A stretch of DNA of 39,927 nucleotides from Candidatus Hodarchaeum mangrovi. Its GTDB lineage: Archaea > Asgardarchaeota > Heimdallarchaeia > Hodarchaeales > Hodarchaeaceae. The stretch spans positions 1 through 39,927 of the forward strand of contig JAEOUE010000134.1 in the NCBI GenBank assembly GCA_016839515.1, read 5' to 3'. This document shows, piece by piece, positions 9,736 through 19,391 of the stretch (the stretch's first letter is position 1; the number at the start of each line of letters is the position of its first letter). Position numbers and translations under genes: made by a program. Below the pieces are notes generated by a model, which had not been told where the DNA came from, did no database searches, and saw nothing but the letters and a program-made list of their open reading frames with translations.

Positions 9736-10962
9736 TTGAGAATAATAAAGGTTAGAATTATGCCTACTCTCTTTGATTCATTTCAAAAAGGCCAAAAGGA
9801 ATCAAAGGACTGGAAATTACAATTTGAAACAAGTCGATCATTATCTAACTTTTTTGCAGACGAATTTCTTGATAATTACCCTTCTCTATTTGTAACGACT
9901 ACAGAAGCTCTTCGATTGAGTCAACTCCTAGGGCAAATAACTGAAGCTTCAAAAAATATTAATGAAACCCCACAAATTAATGTTATTGGCCCACATAGGA
10001 GTGGTAAAACCGCAACAGTTAAAGAAATAATGAGAGAACTCAATAAAAATCAACATTCTAATTATGTGAAATATCTCAGTTATACTGATAATTTTTGGAG
10101 TCATTGGGAAGAAGAAAACTTCACATCAACTCAAATTGTCTTTTTAGATCATATTTACCCTATTTGGAATCACTTTACTCCTTACTCTCTCACAGATCTT
10201 AAAGACCGTTCTTCTAATGAACACATTATAGTTGTGGCATTATTAAGCTCATTAGAACATCATTGGCTACGAATTGCACAGAATTCCCCAATCATAAAAC
10301 TTTTCGAGAAAGAACCTTATGAATATCTTTATAAAAGGCCATTAATTCAAGAAACTGGTCAAATAATTCAAAAACGTCTTCAAAATGCAGGAAAACCAGA
10401 ATTATTATCTCAGGATGTTTTAAAAACAATATCAATTATATCTTTGGGCCTTCCTGGTCTAGCACTCTGGATTACACGAAATCTACTCTCTCAACCTGAA
10501 GAAAAAACAAAAACTCAAGAGATCAATCCAACTTACATTCATGATTTAGCTGCCTATTTAGGGTTTAAACCAGCATTAAAAATTGTATTGGAATCTAATT
10601 CCGAAATCTCAGGAGTAAATGAGGCACTTTCGAATTATAATTTCTGGCCTTTATTAGAACCTTTAAAAAAAATTCAAAAGCAAGGGTCTTCATCTCTCCT
10701 CTCTGAATTGGAAAATTTTAAACTCGCTACTAAGACTTCAAAATCTATACTAGAAGAAATCCTCATACTTGCTCGTGATAATGGAGAAATTAAAAGATCT
10801 GAACTTTTAGAAAGGACAGGGATTAAAGAATCTTCTTTAACTTATCAATGTCAAAAACTGGTTAAGGAGAGGATTGTTTCATATTCCAAAGCTGGTCGTG
10901 ACGTATATTACCATATTGAATCACCAGTTAAAGAAGCATTAGAATTAATCCTTTTAAACTAA
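9736..10962 (+). CDS. P-loop NTPase with a C-terminal ArsR-like winged helix (archaeal ATPase/STAND- or Orc1/Cdc6-like layout); likely ATG start at 9760
   Basis: Walker A GPHRSGKT, Walker B-like IVFLDH, SLGLPG (GxP motif), C-terminal IKRSELLERTGIKESSLTYQCQKLVKERIVSYSKAGRDVYYHI wHTH. Confidence 0.7.
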   Translation: MRIIKVRIMPTLFDSFQKGQKESKDWKLQFETSRSLSNFFADEFLDNYPSLFVTTTEALRLSQLLGQITEASKNINETPQINVIGPHRSGKTATVKEIMRELNKNQHSNYVKYLSYTDNFWSHWEEENFTSTQIVFLDHIYPIWNHFTPYSLTDLKDRSSNEHIIVVALLSSLEHHWLRIAQNSPIIKLFEKEPYEYLYKRPLIQETGQIIQKRLQNAGKPELLSQDVLKTISIISLGLPGLALWITRNLLSQPEEKTKTQEINPTYIHDLAAYLGFKPALKIVLESNSEISGVNEALSNYNFWPLLEPLKKIQKQGSSSLLSELENFKLATKTSKSILEEILILARDNGEIKRSELLERTGIKESSLTYQCQKLVKERIVSYSKAGRDVYYHIESPVKEALELILLN

Positions 10963-10978
10963 CGAATTTTTATGAATT

Positions 10979-11965
10979 TTAATGATTTGAATTTCCAATT
11001 TTAATAAAGTGCTTTTTATGTGCCTTAGGGATCGCATCTAAAACCCAGAGGGTTCCTTTTTCATCAAAAACAAACTCTATATCATAATTTATCTCAAAAT
11101 CTTTTCTTATCTTTTTAGCAAGCTGAACTAAAGTTGTAATATTTTCTTGAGTTAAAACGGGTTGATTTTTTCTTTCAGGAAGATTTTCAACAGTAATTGC
11201 ATATCGATGATCAGGGGGGATTTCTGCTACTTTATCTTTGAATGAAACAAAAATTTCAGTTGGTTCTCCTATCTCTGAGTTTCTGACATTAACCAGATCG
11301 CAACTTATCCCCTCAGAACTTTCAAATACCCGAGAACCCCAGTTTGCATTAATAAAGACACCCCCATCCTTTTCAGAATCAAAGGAGAATGATCCACTTA
11401 CTTTTGGAGTTATCATTTCTGCAATAATCACAGCTATACGGACTGTATCTGGAGGTAATCCAAGATTTAGTAAATCACTTAGAACATCAACGGAGAAAGC
11501 TGATGCCCAACAAAACTTTACCAAATTAATAATTTCTCTTGTTTCCTTTAGATGAAAATATGTCCCTCTTCCCCAGCAAATGTGGCGAGCGGTATCTTCT
11601 ACATGTGCTGACGTTCTTACTACAACAGTTTCTGAATTTATACGATCCCATAACTTGTAGATTTCTTCCGCTATTTGATTTGCAATAGACATCGGTAAAG
11701 GAGAATACTTGATAATTTCTTGGATTTCTTCTGCAGTCTTTTCTAGGTTACTCTTATTTAAGTGATTTATTAAATAATCGATTCTCTTTGCCCCTGGGGT
11801 CACATTTAGAAATTTTTTAAAGACCTTAGTGGAAACAACGACTCCGAATGGTACATTATATCCTTTGGATAATAATCGTGACAGAGCACATGCTCTCTCT
11901 CCAAATGTATCACTACGTGAGTAATCAACATCAGCTAATTTCAAAATAGGGTCAGCTACATACAT
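10979..11965 (-). CDS. Standalone, divergent PEP synthase/PPDK nucleotide-binding (ATP-grasp) domain protein
   Basis: GYNVPFGVVVST, VVVRTSAHVED, VKFCWASAFS, INANWG, DIEFVFD match the PPDK_N layout; the phospho-His swivel and PEP-binding domains are missing. Confidence 0.8.
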   Translation of the reverse strand: MYVADPILKLADVDYSRSDTFGERACALSRLLSKGYNVPFGVVVSTKVFKKFLNVTPGAKRIDYLINHLNKSNLEKTAEEIQEIIKYSPLPMSIANQIAEEIYKLWDRINSETVVVRTSAHVEDTARHICWGRGTYFHLKETREIINLVKFCWASAFSVDVLSDLLNLGLPPDTVRIAVIIAEMITPKVSGSFSFDSEKDGGVFINANWGSRVFESSEGISCDLVNVRNSEIGEPTEIFVSFKDKVAEIPPDHRYAITVENLPERKNQPVLTQENITTLVQLAKKIRKDFEINYDIEFVFDEKGTLWVLDAIPKAHKKHFIKIGNSNH

Positions 11966-12213
11966 CTGTGAATCATCCTATTTCTAAAAGGAGACTAACT
12001 GAAATTACTCCAGATTAATCCTTCTTCACCCAGATCTGTTAAGAAAGTTGGTTGAAAGCTTAATCTCAAAGTCAGTGTGTATCAAGATCTTCTAGCATTT
12101 TTGTAGCTTAAATTTCTATCGTTTATTTAATATTGATTTATAAATTTTCAATAAATGGAAAAAAATGCGATTAGAGTTTAGATCTATTAGTTAACGTAAA
12201 GATTCCGTTTTAT

Positions 12214-12240
12214 AAAAAAAGAGGAGGAACTCTCCTCTTT
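12214..12240 (-). terminator. Hairpin plus U-tract terminator downstream of copA
   Basis: Minus strand reads AAAGAGGAG-AGTTC-CTCCTCTTT-TTTT, beginning 7 nt after the copA stop. Confidence 0.65.
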
Positions 12241-12247
12241 ACGAATT

Positions 12248-15067
12248 TTATTTTGTAGGAGATATTTTCTGAATTTCGGGGGTATATAATCTAAGAAGAA
12301 GACTATTAGTAACTACAGAAACTGAACTAAAAGCCATTGCTAGCGCTGCAATCTCAGGTACTAATGTGATGCCGAAAGGAATAAAAAGGATGCCAGCAGC
12401 TATAGGTATTCCAATTACATTATAAAAGAATGCCCAAAATAAATTTTGTTTAATCTTACTGAGTGTTTTTCTGCTCAACTGAATCGCTGCAACTACATCT
12501 TTAAGATCTTCTCTAATCAATACAATATCTCCAGTCTCGATAGCAATGTCAGTTCCACTTCCAATTGCAAATCCTACATTTGCTTGAGCAAGAGCAGGAG
12601 CATCATTAATCCCATCACCAACCATAGCTACAAAATTACCTTTTGCTTGAAGATTTTCAATGACTTGAGCTTTATCTTGAGGAAGGACTTCAGCAATCAC
12701 TTCAGTAATACCTACTTGAGCTGCTACTGCTTCGGCAGTTCTTTTATTATCACCTGTTACAAGTATAGTTTGAATTTTTAGATCATTTAATTGTTTTATC
12801 GTTTCACGACTGAATTTTTTCAACGGATCAGATATAGCAAGTATTCCGATTAATTTTTTATTCCTTGCTGCAATGACTGCTGTTTTACCTTGGTTTTCCA
12901 ACTCAACAATTTGATTTTCAAATGCTTGAATAGAAATATCTTCTTTTATAAAGAGCTGTCTATTCCCAACAAAAATAATATCTCCATTAATTCTTGCGCG
13001 AATTCCCTTTCCTGGAATTGCTTCAAAATCTTTAGGATCATTTAAAGCTATTCCTTTGTTCTTTGCTGATTCGATTATTGCATATGCTAAGGGATGTTCA
13101 GATCCTTTCTCTGCAGAGGCAACTACTTGTAAGAGAGTGTCAGGGTCTTCATTTGAGATACTTTTGATATCTGTAACAAGTGGCTTCCCTTGAGTTAGCG
13201 TTCCTGTTTTATCAAACACTATTGTATTAATTTTATGCGCTGCTTCTAATGCCTCAGCACTTTTAATGAGAATACCTCTTTCTGCTCCTTTTCCAGTACC
13301 CACCATTATAGCTGTTGGAGTGGCTAATCCTAGAGCACAAGGACAAGCAATCACTAAGACAGCAATCATCAATTTAAATGAGAAAGTAAAGGAACTAAGA
13401 TTTGGTGAGTTTATCAAAGACGGAGGAAAAATTTTAAATGTAAATCCTCCATACCAGATAATAAATGTAAGTAATGCTATTATAATTACAGTAGGAACGA
13501 ATTTGGCTGAAACTAAATCAGCAAATCGTTGTATTGGGGCCTTAGACCCTTGTGCTTCTTCTACTAATTTAATGATTTGAGCTAAGGCTGTATCAGATCC
13601 TACCTTAGTTGCTTTAATCTTTAATAATCCATTTTTGTTGATTGTTGCCCCGATGACATTATCATTAACCTTCTTTTTAACTGGCATAGATTCTCCAGTG
13701 ATCATCGATTCATCAACATAAGACTTCCCTTCAATTACATAACCATCAACAGGTATCTTTATTCCTGGTCGTACCATTACCTCCATACCCACTTGAACCT
13801 CTTCAACAGGAATGTTCATTTCTTTTCCATTTATAAGAACAATTGCCTCCTTTGCCTGTAATTCAACAAGTTTACGGATTGCTTGGGATGTCTGTCCTTT
13901 TGCACGTGCTTCTAAATACTTTCCTAGTAACAGAAAAGTGATTAGAAGAGCTGCAGTTTCAAAAAAAACAACTCCTTCACGAATAATAAATAAAGTTAAA
14001 ACAGAATACCAAAATGCAGCATTAGTTCCCATGAAGATTAAAACATCCATATTAAATTTTCCATGCCTTAGTGCCTTAACCGCACCTTTATGAAATTGCC
14101 ATCCTGAATATAGCATAACTGGAATAGTTAAAACCATTATAATAATTTCTTTTGCATTGTAACCAAAAATTGTCTCTTCAGAAATAGGTAAAGGTATTTC
14201 TAATCCTATTGCTTGTCCCATGCTATACAAAATTATTGGGATACTAAGTAAAATAGCTGTAATTAACCTAAACTTTAATGTACGTTGTTCTGAAGCACGT
14301 TCTCGCTTTTCACGATCATCCCGATTTTGAAGAGAGCTAATACGATAACCATCATATCCAACACCCTTGATTACGTTAATTATCTCCTTACTATTAATCA
14401 AAGTAGGATTATATTCAATTTGAGCTTTTTCAGTAGCAAGATTTACTGAAACATTAGCAATTCCTTGTTTTTTCTGAAGCGCGCTTTCAATTGTATTAAC
14501 ACAGCTAGCACATGTCATACCTGAGATTTTAAAGGTTGCATTTATCAATTCTGATTTGTCTTCGATCTGAAATGCATCGTAGCCTGATTCCCGTACACTT
14601 TCTATTAATTGTTGAATTGATGTTTGAGAGGTATCATATTCCACTGATGCTTTTTCTGTTATTAGATTAACTGTAACATTCTGAACTCCATTGACTTTTC
14701 TAAGTGAATTTTCTACTGAAACAGAACAAGATGCACAAGTCATTCCTTTTATTCCTAGTGTCATCTTAGTAGAGTCTCCCAAAAGTTTTGGTTCAGATTG
14801 GTTTTTATCCTCAATGATATTTAATGCCTGATCTTCATTATTACTTTTTTCTACAGGATTAATAGTGGTCGAACTTTCTGTAGGATTAAGTATTAGTTCC
14901 ATACTAAGATTATGATGTATAGGTATCTCTTTAACTCCACATTCCGGCCCCATCCAGCAGACTAACATTTCTTTTCCTTCAACATGTTCCAAATGCATTG
15001 GTTGTTTACAATGATTAGGAACTGGTTGCGTATAATCGCATATTCTACACTTTAACAATGAATTCAA
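12248..15067 (-). CDS. copA: Cu(I)-exporting P1B-1 ATPase with two HMA domains and an extra N-terminal Cys/His domain
   Basis: GMTCASC x2, [41 protein letters not shown] and MAFSS transmembrane ligands. Confidence 0.96.
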   Translation of the reverse strand: MNSLLKCRICDYTQPVPNHCKQPMHLEHVEGKEMLVCWMGPECGVKEIPIHHNLSMELILNPTESSTTINPVEKSNNEDQALNIIEDKNQSEPKLLGDSTKMTLGIKGMTCASCSVSVENSLRKVNGVQNVTVNLITEKASVEYDTSQTSIQQLIESVRESGYDAFQIEDKSELINATFKISGMTCASCVNTIESALQKKQGIANVSVNLATEKAQIEYNPTLINSKEIINVIKGVGYDGYRISSLQNRDDREKRERASEQRTLKFRLITAILLSIPIILYSMGQAIGLEIPLPISEETIFGYNAKEIIIMVLTIPVMLYSGWQFHKGAVKALRHGKFNMDVLIFMGTNAAFWYSVLTLFIIREGVVFFETAALLITFLLLGKYLEARAKGQTSQAIRKLVELQAKEAIVLINGKEMNIPVEEVQVGMEVMVRPGIKIPVDGYVIEGKSYVDESMITGESMPVKKKVNDNVIGATINKNGLLKIKATKVGSDTALAQIIKLVEEAQGSKAPIQRFADLVSAKFVPTVIIIALLTFIIWYGGFTFKIFPPSLINSPNLSSFTFSFKLMIAVLVIACPCALGLATPTAIMVGTGKGAERGILIKSAEALEAAHKINTIVFDKTGTLTQGKPLVTDIKSISNEDPDTLLQVVASAEKGSEHPLAYAIIESAKNKGIALNDPKDFEAIPGKGIRARINGDIIFVGNRQLFIKEDISIQAFENQIVELENQGKTAVIAARNKKLIGILAISDPLKKFSRETIKQLNDLKIQTILVTGDNKRTAEAVAAQVGITEVIAEVLPQDKAQVIENLQAKGNFVAMVGDGINDAPALAQANVGFAIGSGTDIAIETGDIVLIREDLKDVVAAIQLSRKTLSKIKQNLFWAFFYNVIGIPIAAGILFIPFGITLVPEIAALAMAFSSVSVVTNSLLLRLYTPEIQKISPTK

Positions 15068-15113
15068 CTTTTTTCACTATAAACTTCTAATTATTCATTA
15101 CCTTAGTAGATTT

Positions 15114-15169
15114 GTACTTAAAAATTAAAGAAAAATATTAGCTGGGATTCCGTACTTTAAAAGTAAAGA
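15114..15169. promoter_or_regulatory. Candidate CopR operator: two 18-bp direct repeats in the copA/copR divergent promoter
   Basis: GTACTTAAAAATTAAAGA (15114-15131) and GTACTTTAAAAGTAAAGA (15152-15169), 16/18 identical; the second contains the palindrome TACTTT-A-AAAGTA. Confidence 0.5.
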
Positions 15170-15427
15170 GAATAAGAAAAACTATAAAACTATTTTTTCA
15201 GCATAAATAATCTTTATTTTAACTTTTTTTAAAAAAAAACAATTATTAGAATTTTATTTGAATTAATGAAAAGAATTTAGTCTTAAATTCCAAAATTTAA
15301 TCCCGAGGATTTATTAAGTTGTTAATAATAGCAATAAAAGACTATAATTTTAATAATAAGCAAAATTGTCCTAAAATCGAACCTTTAAATTTTTAAATTT
15401 TTACACAAAACATCGTAATAAACGAAA

Positions 15428-15433
15428 AGGTGA
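15428..15433 (+). promoter_or_regulatory. Shine-Dalgarno site of copR
   Basis: AGGTGA 4 nt before the TTG start at 15438. Confidence 0.6.
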
Positions 15434-15437
15434 TAAA

Positions 15438-16046
15438 TTGAGTATTGAACTAGATGAAATCGATATAACACTTCTTACACGATTAAATGAAGATGGAAGA
15501 GCAACTTATTCGAGTTTATCAGCTGAATTGGGAATAACAGTTCCAACTGTAAAATCTAGAATTGATAAATTATTGAAGATAGGAGTTATAGATCATATTG
15601 GTATCTATTTAAATCCTCACTCGCTTACTCAAGAAAGTTCAGCAGTTATTATGGTAAGAGTGAATAAAAAGAATATGTCTATCTTCTTGGAGTATATCAA
15701 AAATATTGAAGAAATCAAAGATGTATATGAAGTATTGGATGAATATAATATCTTGATTATAACACAACACCTTCCATTAAATATTCAACGAATGGTTTTT
15801 GAAGATTTAAGAGACCAAGAAATAGTAGAAAAGTCCCAAATTAAGGTTTTAACCAAAGAGATCCAATCTCACCCTCATATTGTACCCAAACACAGTATTT
15901 TACTAAATATTAGATGTGAATATTGTGGAAAAACCTTGTCAGAGAGTTATGAAACTGAAAAACTTGCAGATGTTCGACATTTCTTTTGTTGTCGAAGTTG
16001 TCTAACAAATTATAAAAAATGGTGGGAAAAACAGTTAAACATCTAA
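15438..16046 (+). CDS. copR: Lrp/AsnC-type HTH regulator with a C-terminal TRASH domain (archaeal copper regulator CopR/CopT)
   Basis: LDEIDITLLTRLNEDGRATYSSLSAELGITVPTVKSRIDKL HTH; CEYCGK ... HFFCCRSC TRASH; divergent from copA. Confidence 0.88.
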   Translation: MSIELDEIDITLLTRLNEDGRATYSSLSAELGITVPTVKSRIDKLLKIGVIDHIGIYLNPHSLTQESSAVIMVRVNKKNMSIFLEYIKNIEEIKDVYEVLDEYNILIITQHLPLNIQRMVFEDLRDQEIVEKSQIKVLTKEIQSHPHIVPKHSILLNIRCEYCGKTLSESYETEKLADVRHFFCCRSCLTNYKKWWEKQLNI

Positions 16047-16050
16047 ATAC

Positions 16051-17214
16051 TTAAATTCCTGCGTCTTCACGAAGAATAGCAGCCATATCAGTCTTTTCCC
16101 ATGTAAAGTCAGGATCATCTCTACCAAAATGACCATAAGCAGCTGTTTTTCTATAAATAGGTCGTTTTAAATTTAATCGAGTAATGATATTACCAGGCCT
16201 GAAATCAAAGTGTTTCTTTATTAAATGTACAATATCTATCTCTGGTATTTTATTCGTGTTCATCGTATCTAAATTTATACAAAGTGGTTTTGAAACTCCG
16301 ATAGCATAAGCAATTTGCAACTCACATTCATCAGCCAATCCTGCTGCAACAACATTTTTCGCTACCCACCGTGCAGCATAAGATCCAGATCGATCCACTT
16401 TAGAAGGATCTTTACCAGAAAAACAACCCCCTCCATGAGATCCCACTCCTCCATATGTATCAACAATAATTTTTCTTCCAGTTAACCCGGTATCTCCATG
16501 AGGTCCTCCAATAACAAAACGTCCAGTTTCATTAATAAAGTATTCCGTTTCTTCAACGATAAGCTCCTCTGGAATTGTTTTTAAGATGACTTTCTCAATT
16601 AACTCCTCCTTAATTTCTTTGTGTGTTACATCTTCTGTATGCTGTGCTGCGAGTACAACAGTAGCTACACGAGTTGGAATCCCATTATCATAATCGACAG
16701 TTACTTGTGATTTCCCATCAGGACGTAACCAAGTAATCTCATTTGATTTTCTTACTTGAGCTAATTTCATTGTTAATCCGTGAGCAAGAACAATTGGAAG
16801 AGGCATCAGAGATGGGGTCTCAGTGGTCGCATATCCAAACATAATACCTTGATCTCCTGCTCCTTGATCCTCTATTCGCTCCCGTTCAACACCTTGTGCG
16901 ATATCTGTACTTTGTTCATGAATGGTATTCAATACAGCCACGGATTGATAATCAAAACCCATCTTTGAATTCGTATAGCCGATTTCTTTTATAGTTTTTC
17001 GAACAATATCTTGAATATCTACATAGGTATTTGTAGTAATTTCTCCCCCGACTAGAACCATTCCTGTGGTAAGATAGGTTTCACACGCTACATGAGAATT
17101 AGGATCCTTCTCAAGAATAGCATCTAAAATCGCATCTGAAATTTGATCGGCCATCTTATCTGGATGACCTTCGGTTACAGATTCAGAGGTAAATAAGTGT
17201 CTAGCTGTTACCAT
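16051..17214 (-). CDS. metK: S-adenosylmethionine synthetase, bacterial/eukaryotic type
   Basis: [67 protein letters not shown]. Confidence 0.97.
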   Translation of the reverse strand: MVTARHLFTSESVTEGHPDKMADQISDAILDAILEKDPNSHVACETYLTTGMVLVGGEITTNTYVDIQDIVRKTIKEIGYTNSKMGFDYQSVAVLNTIHEQSTDIAQGVERERIEDQGAGDQGIMFGYATTETPSLMPLPIVLAHGLTMKLAQVRKSNEITWLRPDGKSQVTVDYDNGIPTRVATVVLAAQHTEDVTHKEIKEELIEKVILKTIPEELIVEETEYFINETGRFVIGGPHGDTGLTGRKIIVDTYGGVGSHGGGCFSGKDPSKVDRSGSYAARWVAKNVVAAGLADECELQIAYAIGVSKPLCINLDTMNTNKIPEIDIVHLIKKHFDFRPGNIITRLNLKRPIYRKTAAYGHFGRDDPDFTWEKTDMAAILREDAGI

Positions 17215-17340
17215 TCTCTTAATTCCGTCCTTTGAGGATTCATTTAATCAATATTATTGACTGTTTTAAGTGACTTTTTCTTTCAAAACATGAATATATT
17301 TATGGATTAAAAAATAAATCTTGAAAGAATTTCCCATTAT

Positions 17341-18144
17341 CTAATTTTTAATATGCCTAGCACAGTTACAGCCATGTTCAACTGGTAAATTCTTTATTAT
17401 ATCAAAAAATAAGATTTTTAATTCTTTCAATCGAGAATTAAAAATGTCTAGTACCTCTTGATGACTCAATTCTTTTTGTAGACCTGCAGCATAATTAGTA
17501 ACGACAGCTATGGTGGCATAGCAGATCCCCAATTCACGAGATAAAATTGCTTCAGATGGATTTGTCATTCCAACTACATCAGCACCCCATCGCTTTATAG
17601 CTAAAATTTCTGCTTTAGTTTCAAATCGAGGCCCCATAGTTCTAGCATAAGAACCATTTGGATGACTATTTTTTGTTTCAATTGTTTTTAGTATTGAATT
17701 TCTAACTTCAGGGCAATAAGGTTCACTCATATCTAAATGAATTACCCCTGAAAGTTTTTTACCAGAATTAAAGGTTATTTCAAATCCATCCTCAAAAAAT
17801 GTTATTGGAAAGGCAAAATCAATAAAATCATTTAAAATTACATAATCACCAGGTTTCATTGCTTCATTGAGACTACCAACTGCATTAGTTGATAAAACTC
17901 TTTTAACACCTAATTTATAGAGGGCAAAAATATTAGCTTTGTAATTTATTTTATGTGGAGGGATGGAATGTTTACCTCCATGCCTTGGAAGAAAAAAAAT
18001 TCTCCTTCCATTGATATCCTGCTCTAGAACATGTACTGGAATTTTATCAAAAGGAGTTGTTACCATAACTTCTTTTGGTGAGGGTAAAAGGTCATAAAAA
18101 CCGGAACCACCTATAACACAAACCTTATCAAGAGGTTGATTCAA
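17341..18144 (-). CDS. MTAP/PNP-family nucleoside phosphorylase, probably 6-oxopurine specific (methylthioinosine phosphorylase)
   Basis: IGGSG, PRHG ... H, NAVGSL, GPRFETKAE, VGMT; specificity segment VTNYAAG rather than the VTDYD of adenine-specific MTAP. Confidence 0.88.
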   Translation of the reverse strand: MNQPLDKVCVIGGSGFYDLLPSPKEVMVTTPFDKIPVHVLEQDINGRRIFFLPRHGGKHSIPPHKINYKANIFALYKLGVKRVLSTNAVGSLNEAMKPGDYVILNDFIDFAFPITFFEDGFEITFNSGKKLSGVIHLDMSEPYCPEVRNSILKTIETKNSHPNGSYARTMGPRFETKAEILAIKRWGADVVGMTNPSEAILSRELGICYATIAVVTNYAAGLQKELSHQEVLDIFNSRLKELKILFFDIIKNLPVEHGCNCARHIKN

Positions 18145-18148
18145 GTAG

Positions 18149-19327
18149 TCACTTCCGTCTCTTTCTAGTAAATATATTTAAAGTTATAATACAGAATATA
18201 GCGGAAAACAAGGGAAGTACTTCAAATCCAGAAGTATTTTTTGCATAAATCAATGCTGTTGGGATAAGGATACCTTTTTCGACAATATCAATATAGAGAT
18301 CTGTAAGAGTTTCATTAATAATATTTTCATCAGATAACCAATCAGTGATCTCGTAGACGTCATCCGCAAATCTATATGTATAATAACCTGCGGGAAAATC
18401 GGATGATTTATTGATTGTTTGAAAAACTGAAAATAATGTCATGGAATTATTTTTATAAACGTTTCTTATCCTACTTGAGTCAGTACCAATAATCATATGT
18501 CCTGGAAGTCCACTTATAACGCCTTTTGTTTGATTATTTTGAAGAGCTGTAAAAATCATTCCATAATCTGCTGTTGAATAAGAAGCTGCAAGATTTTTTG
18601 CCAAAGTATAATTTCCAAGATGTTCCCAAAATGAATCAATATAATCTATTGTAATAAGAACATCAGGTTGGTTCCGTAAAATTGCACTTTGAAATCCAGC
18701 AATTAAATTTTGAGTTCTAGGATCACGCCATGTTCCTTCTGGGGTTTGATAATGGTATGTTCCGATCATTAAAACCTTTTGAGGAAACGGAGAAATAGTA
18801 GCGACTGCAAGAGTCCCAGCTATAAATCCAATTTCGTTTTCTCCAAAACTGACAATAATAACATTGTTGGGTATTTTGTCAAAACTTGATATTGTCTCCG
18901 GAAGATCGCCTGCAAGATCATAATATAGGAACTTTGTATTAGGATAATTATTTGGATCAAATTCTCCACGACGTAATTCATAACCAATAAAAGCAACCAT
19001 ATCATAATTATTGACTAATGATTTGGCAAGTGTTGTATGATTAGTTAAAGAGTTATTGAATGTATAGGTTGCATTATATGGATATAGCCGTGTTGTTCTA
19101 TAATTCTCCAATTGATAAATATCATAATTAATACCGTATGTATTATTTATCATTTCAAGACCTTTTAGGATATCATCATAAGATTGCTCATCATAGAACT
19201 CAGCAGCGTCAATTATTACGGCTACACTTTGAATTATCTCATTCGGTTTTCCTGTACTAATTTCAGATGAACTTAAACTTAAAAAAATCAAGATCAAGAT
19301 TAAATATTTATAGAATGAAGATTTCAC
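18149..19327 (-). CDS. BMP/PnrA-like substrate-binding protein with a C-terminal GF-TM-basic anchor
   Basis: Signal peptide; FYDEQSYDDILKGL, PNTKFLYYD, SFGENEIGFIAGTLA, IIGTDS resemble BMP family segments; tail SGFEVLPLFSAIFCIITLNIFTRKRRK. Confidence 0.7.
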   Translation of the reverse strand: MKSSFYKYLILILIFLSLSSSEISTGKPNEIIQSVAVIIDAAEFYDEQSYDDILKGLEMINNTYGINYDIYQLENYRTTRLYPYNATYTFNNSLTNHTTLAKSLVNNYDMVAFIGYELRRGEFDPNNYPNTKFLYYDLAGDLPETISSFDKIPNNVIIVSFGENEIGFIAGTLAVATISPFPQKVLMIGTYHYQTPEGTWRDPRTQNLIAGFQSAILRNQPDVLITIDYIDSFWEHLGNYTLAKNLAASYSTADYGMIFTALQNNQTKGVISGLPGHMIIGTDSSRIRNVYKNNSMTLFSVFQTINKSSDFPAGYYTYRFADDVYEITDWLSDENIINETLTDLYIDIVEKGILIPTALIYAKNTSGFEVLPLFSAIFCIITLNIFTRKRRK

Positions 19328-19391
19328 ATTAATACCCCAGATTTAAATAATTATATTTGGATTATACTTTCTTTTGATATAAATATCATTT

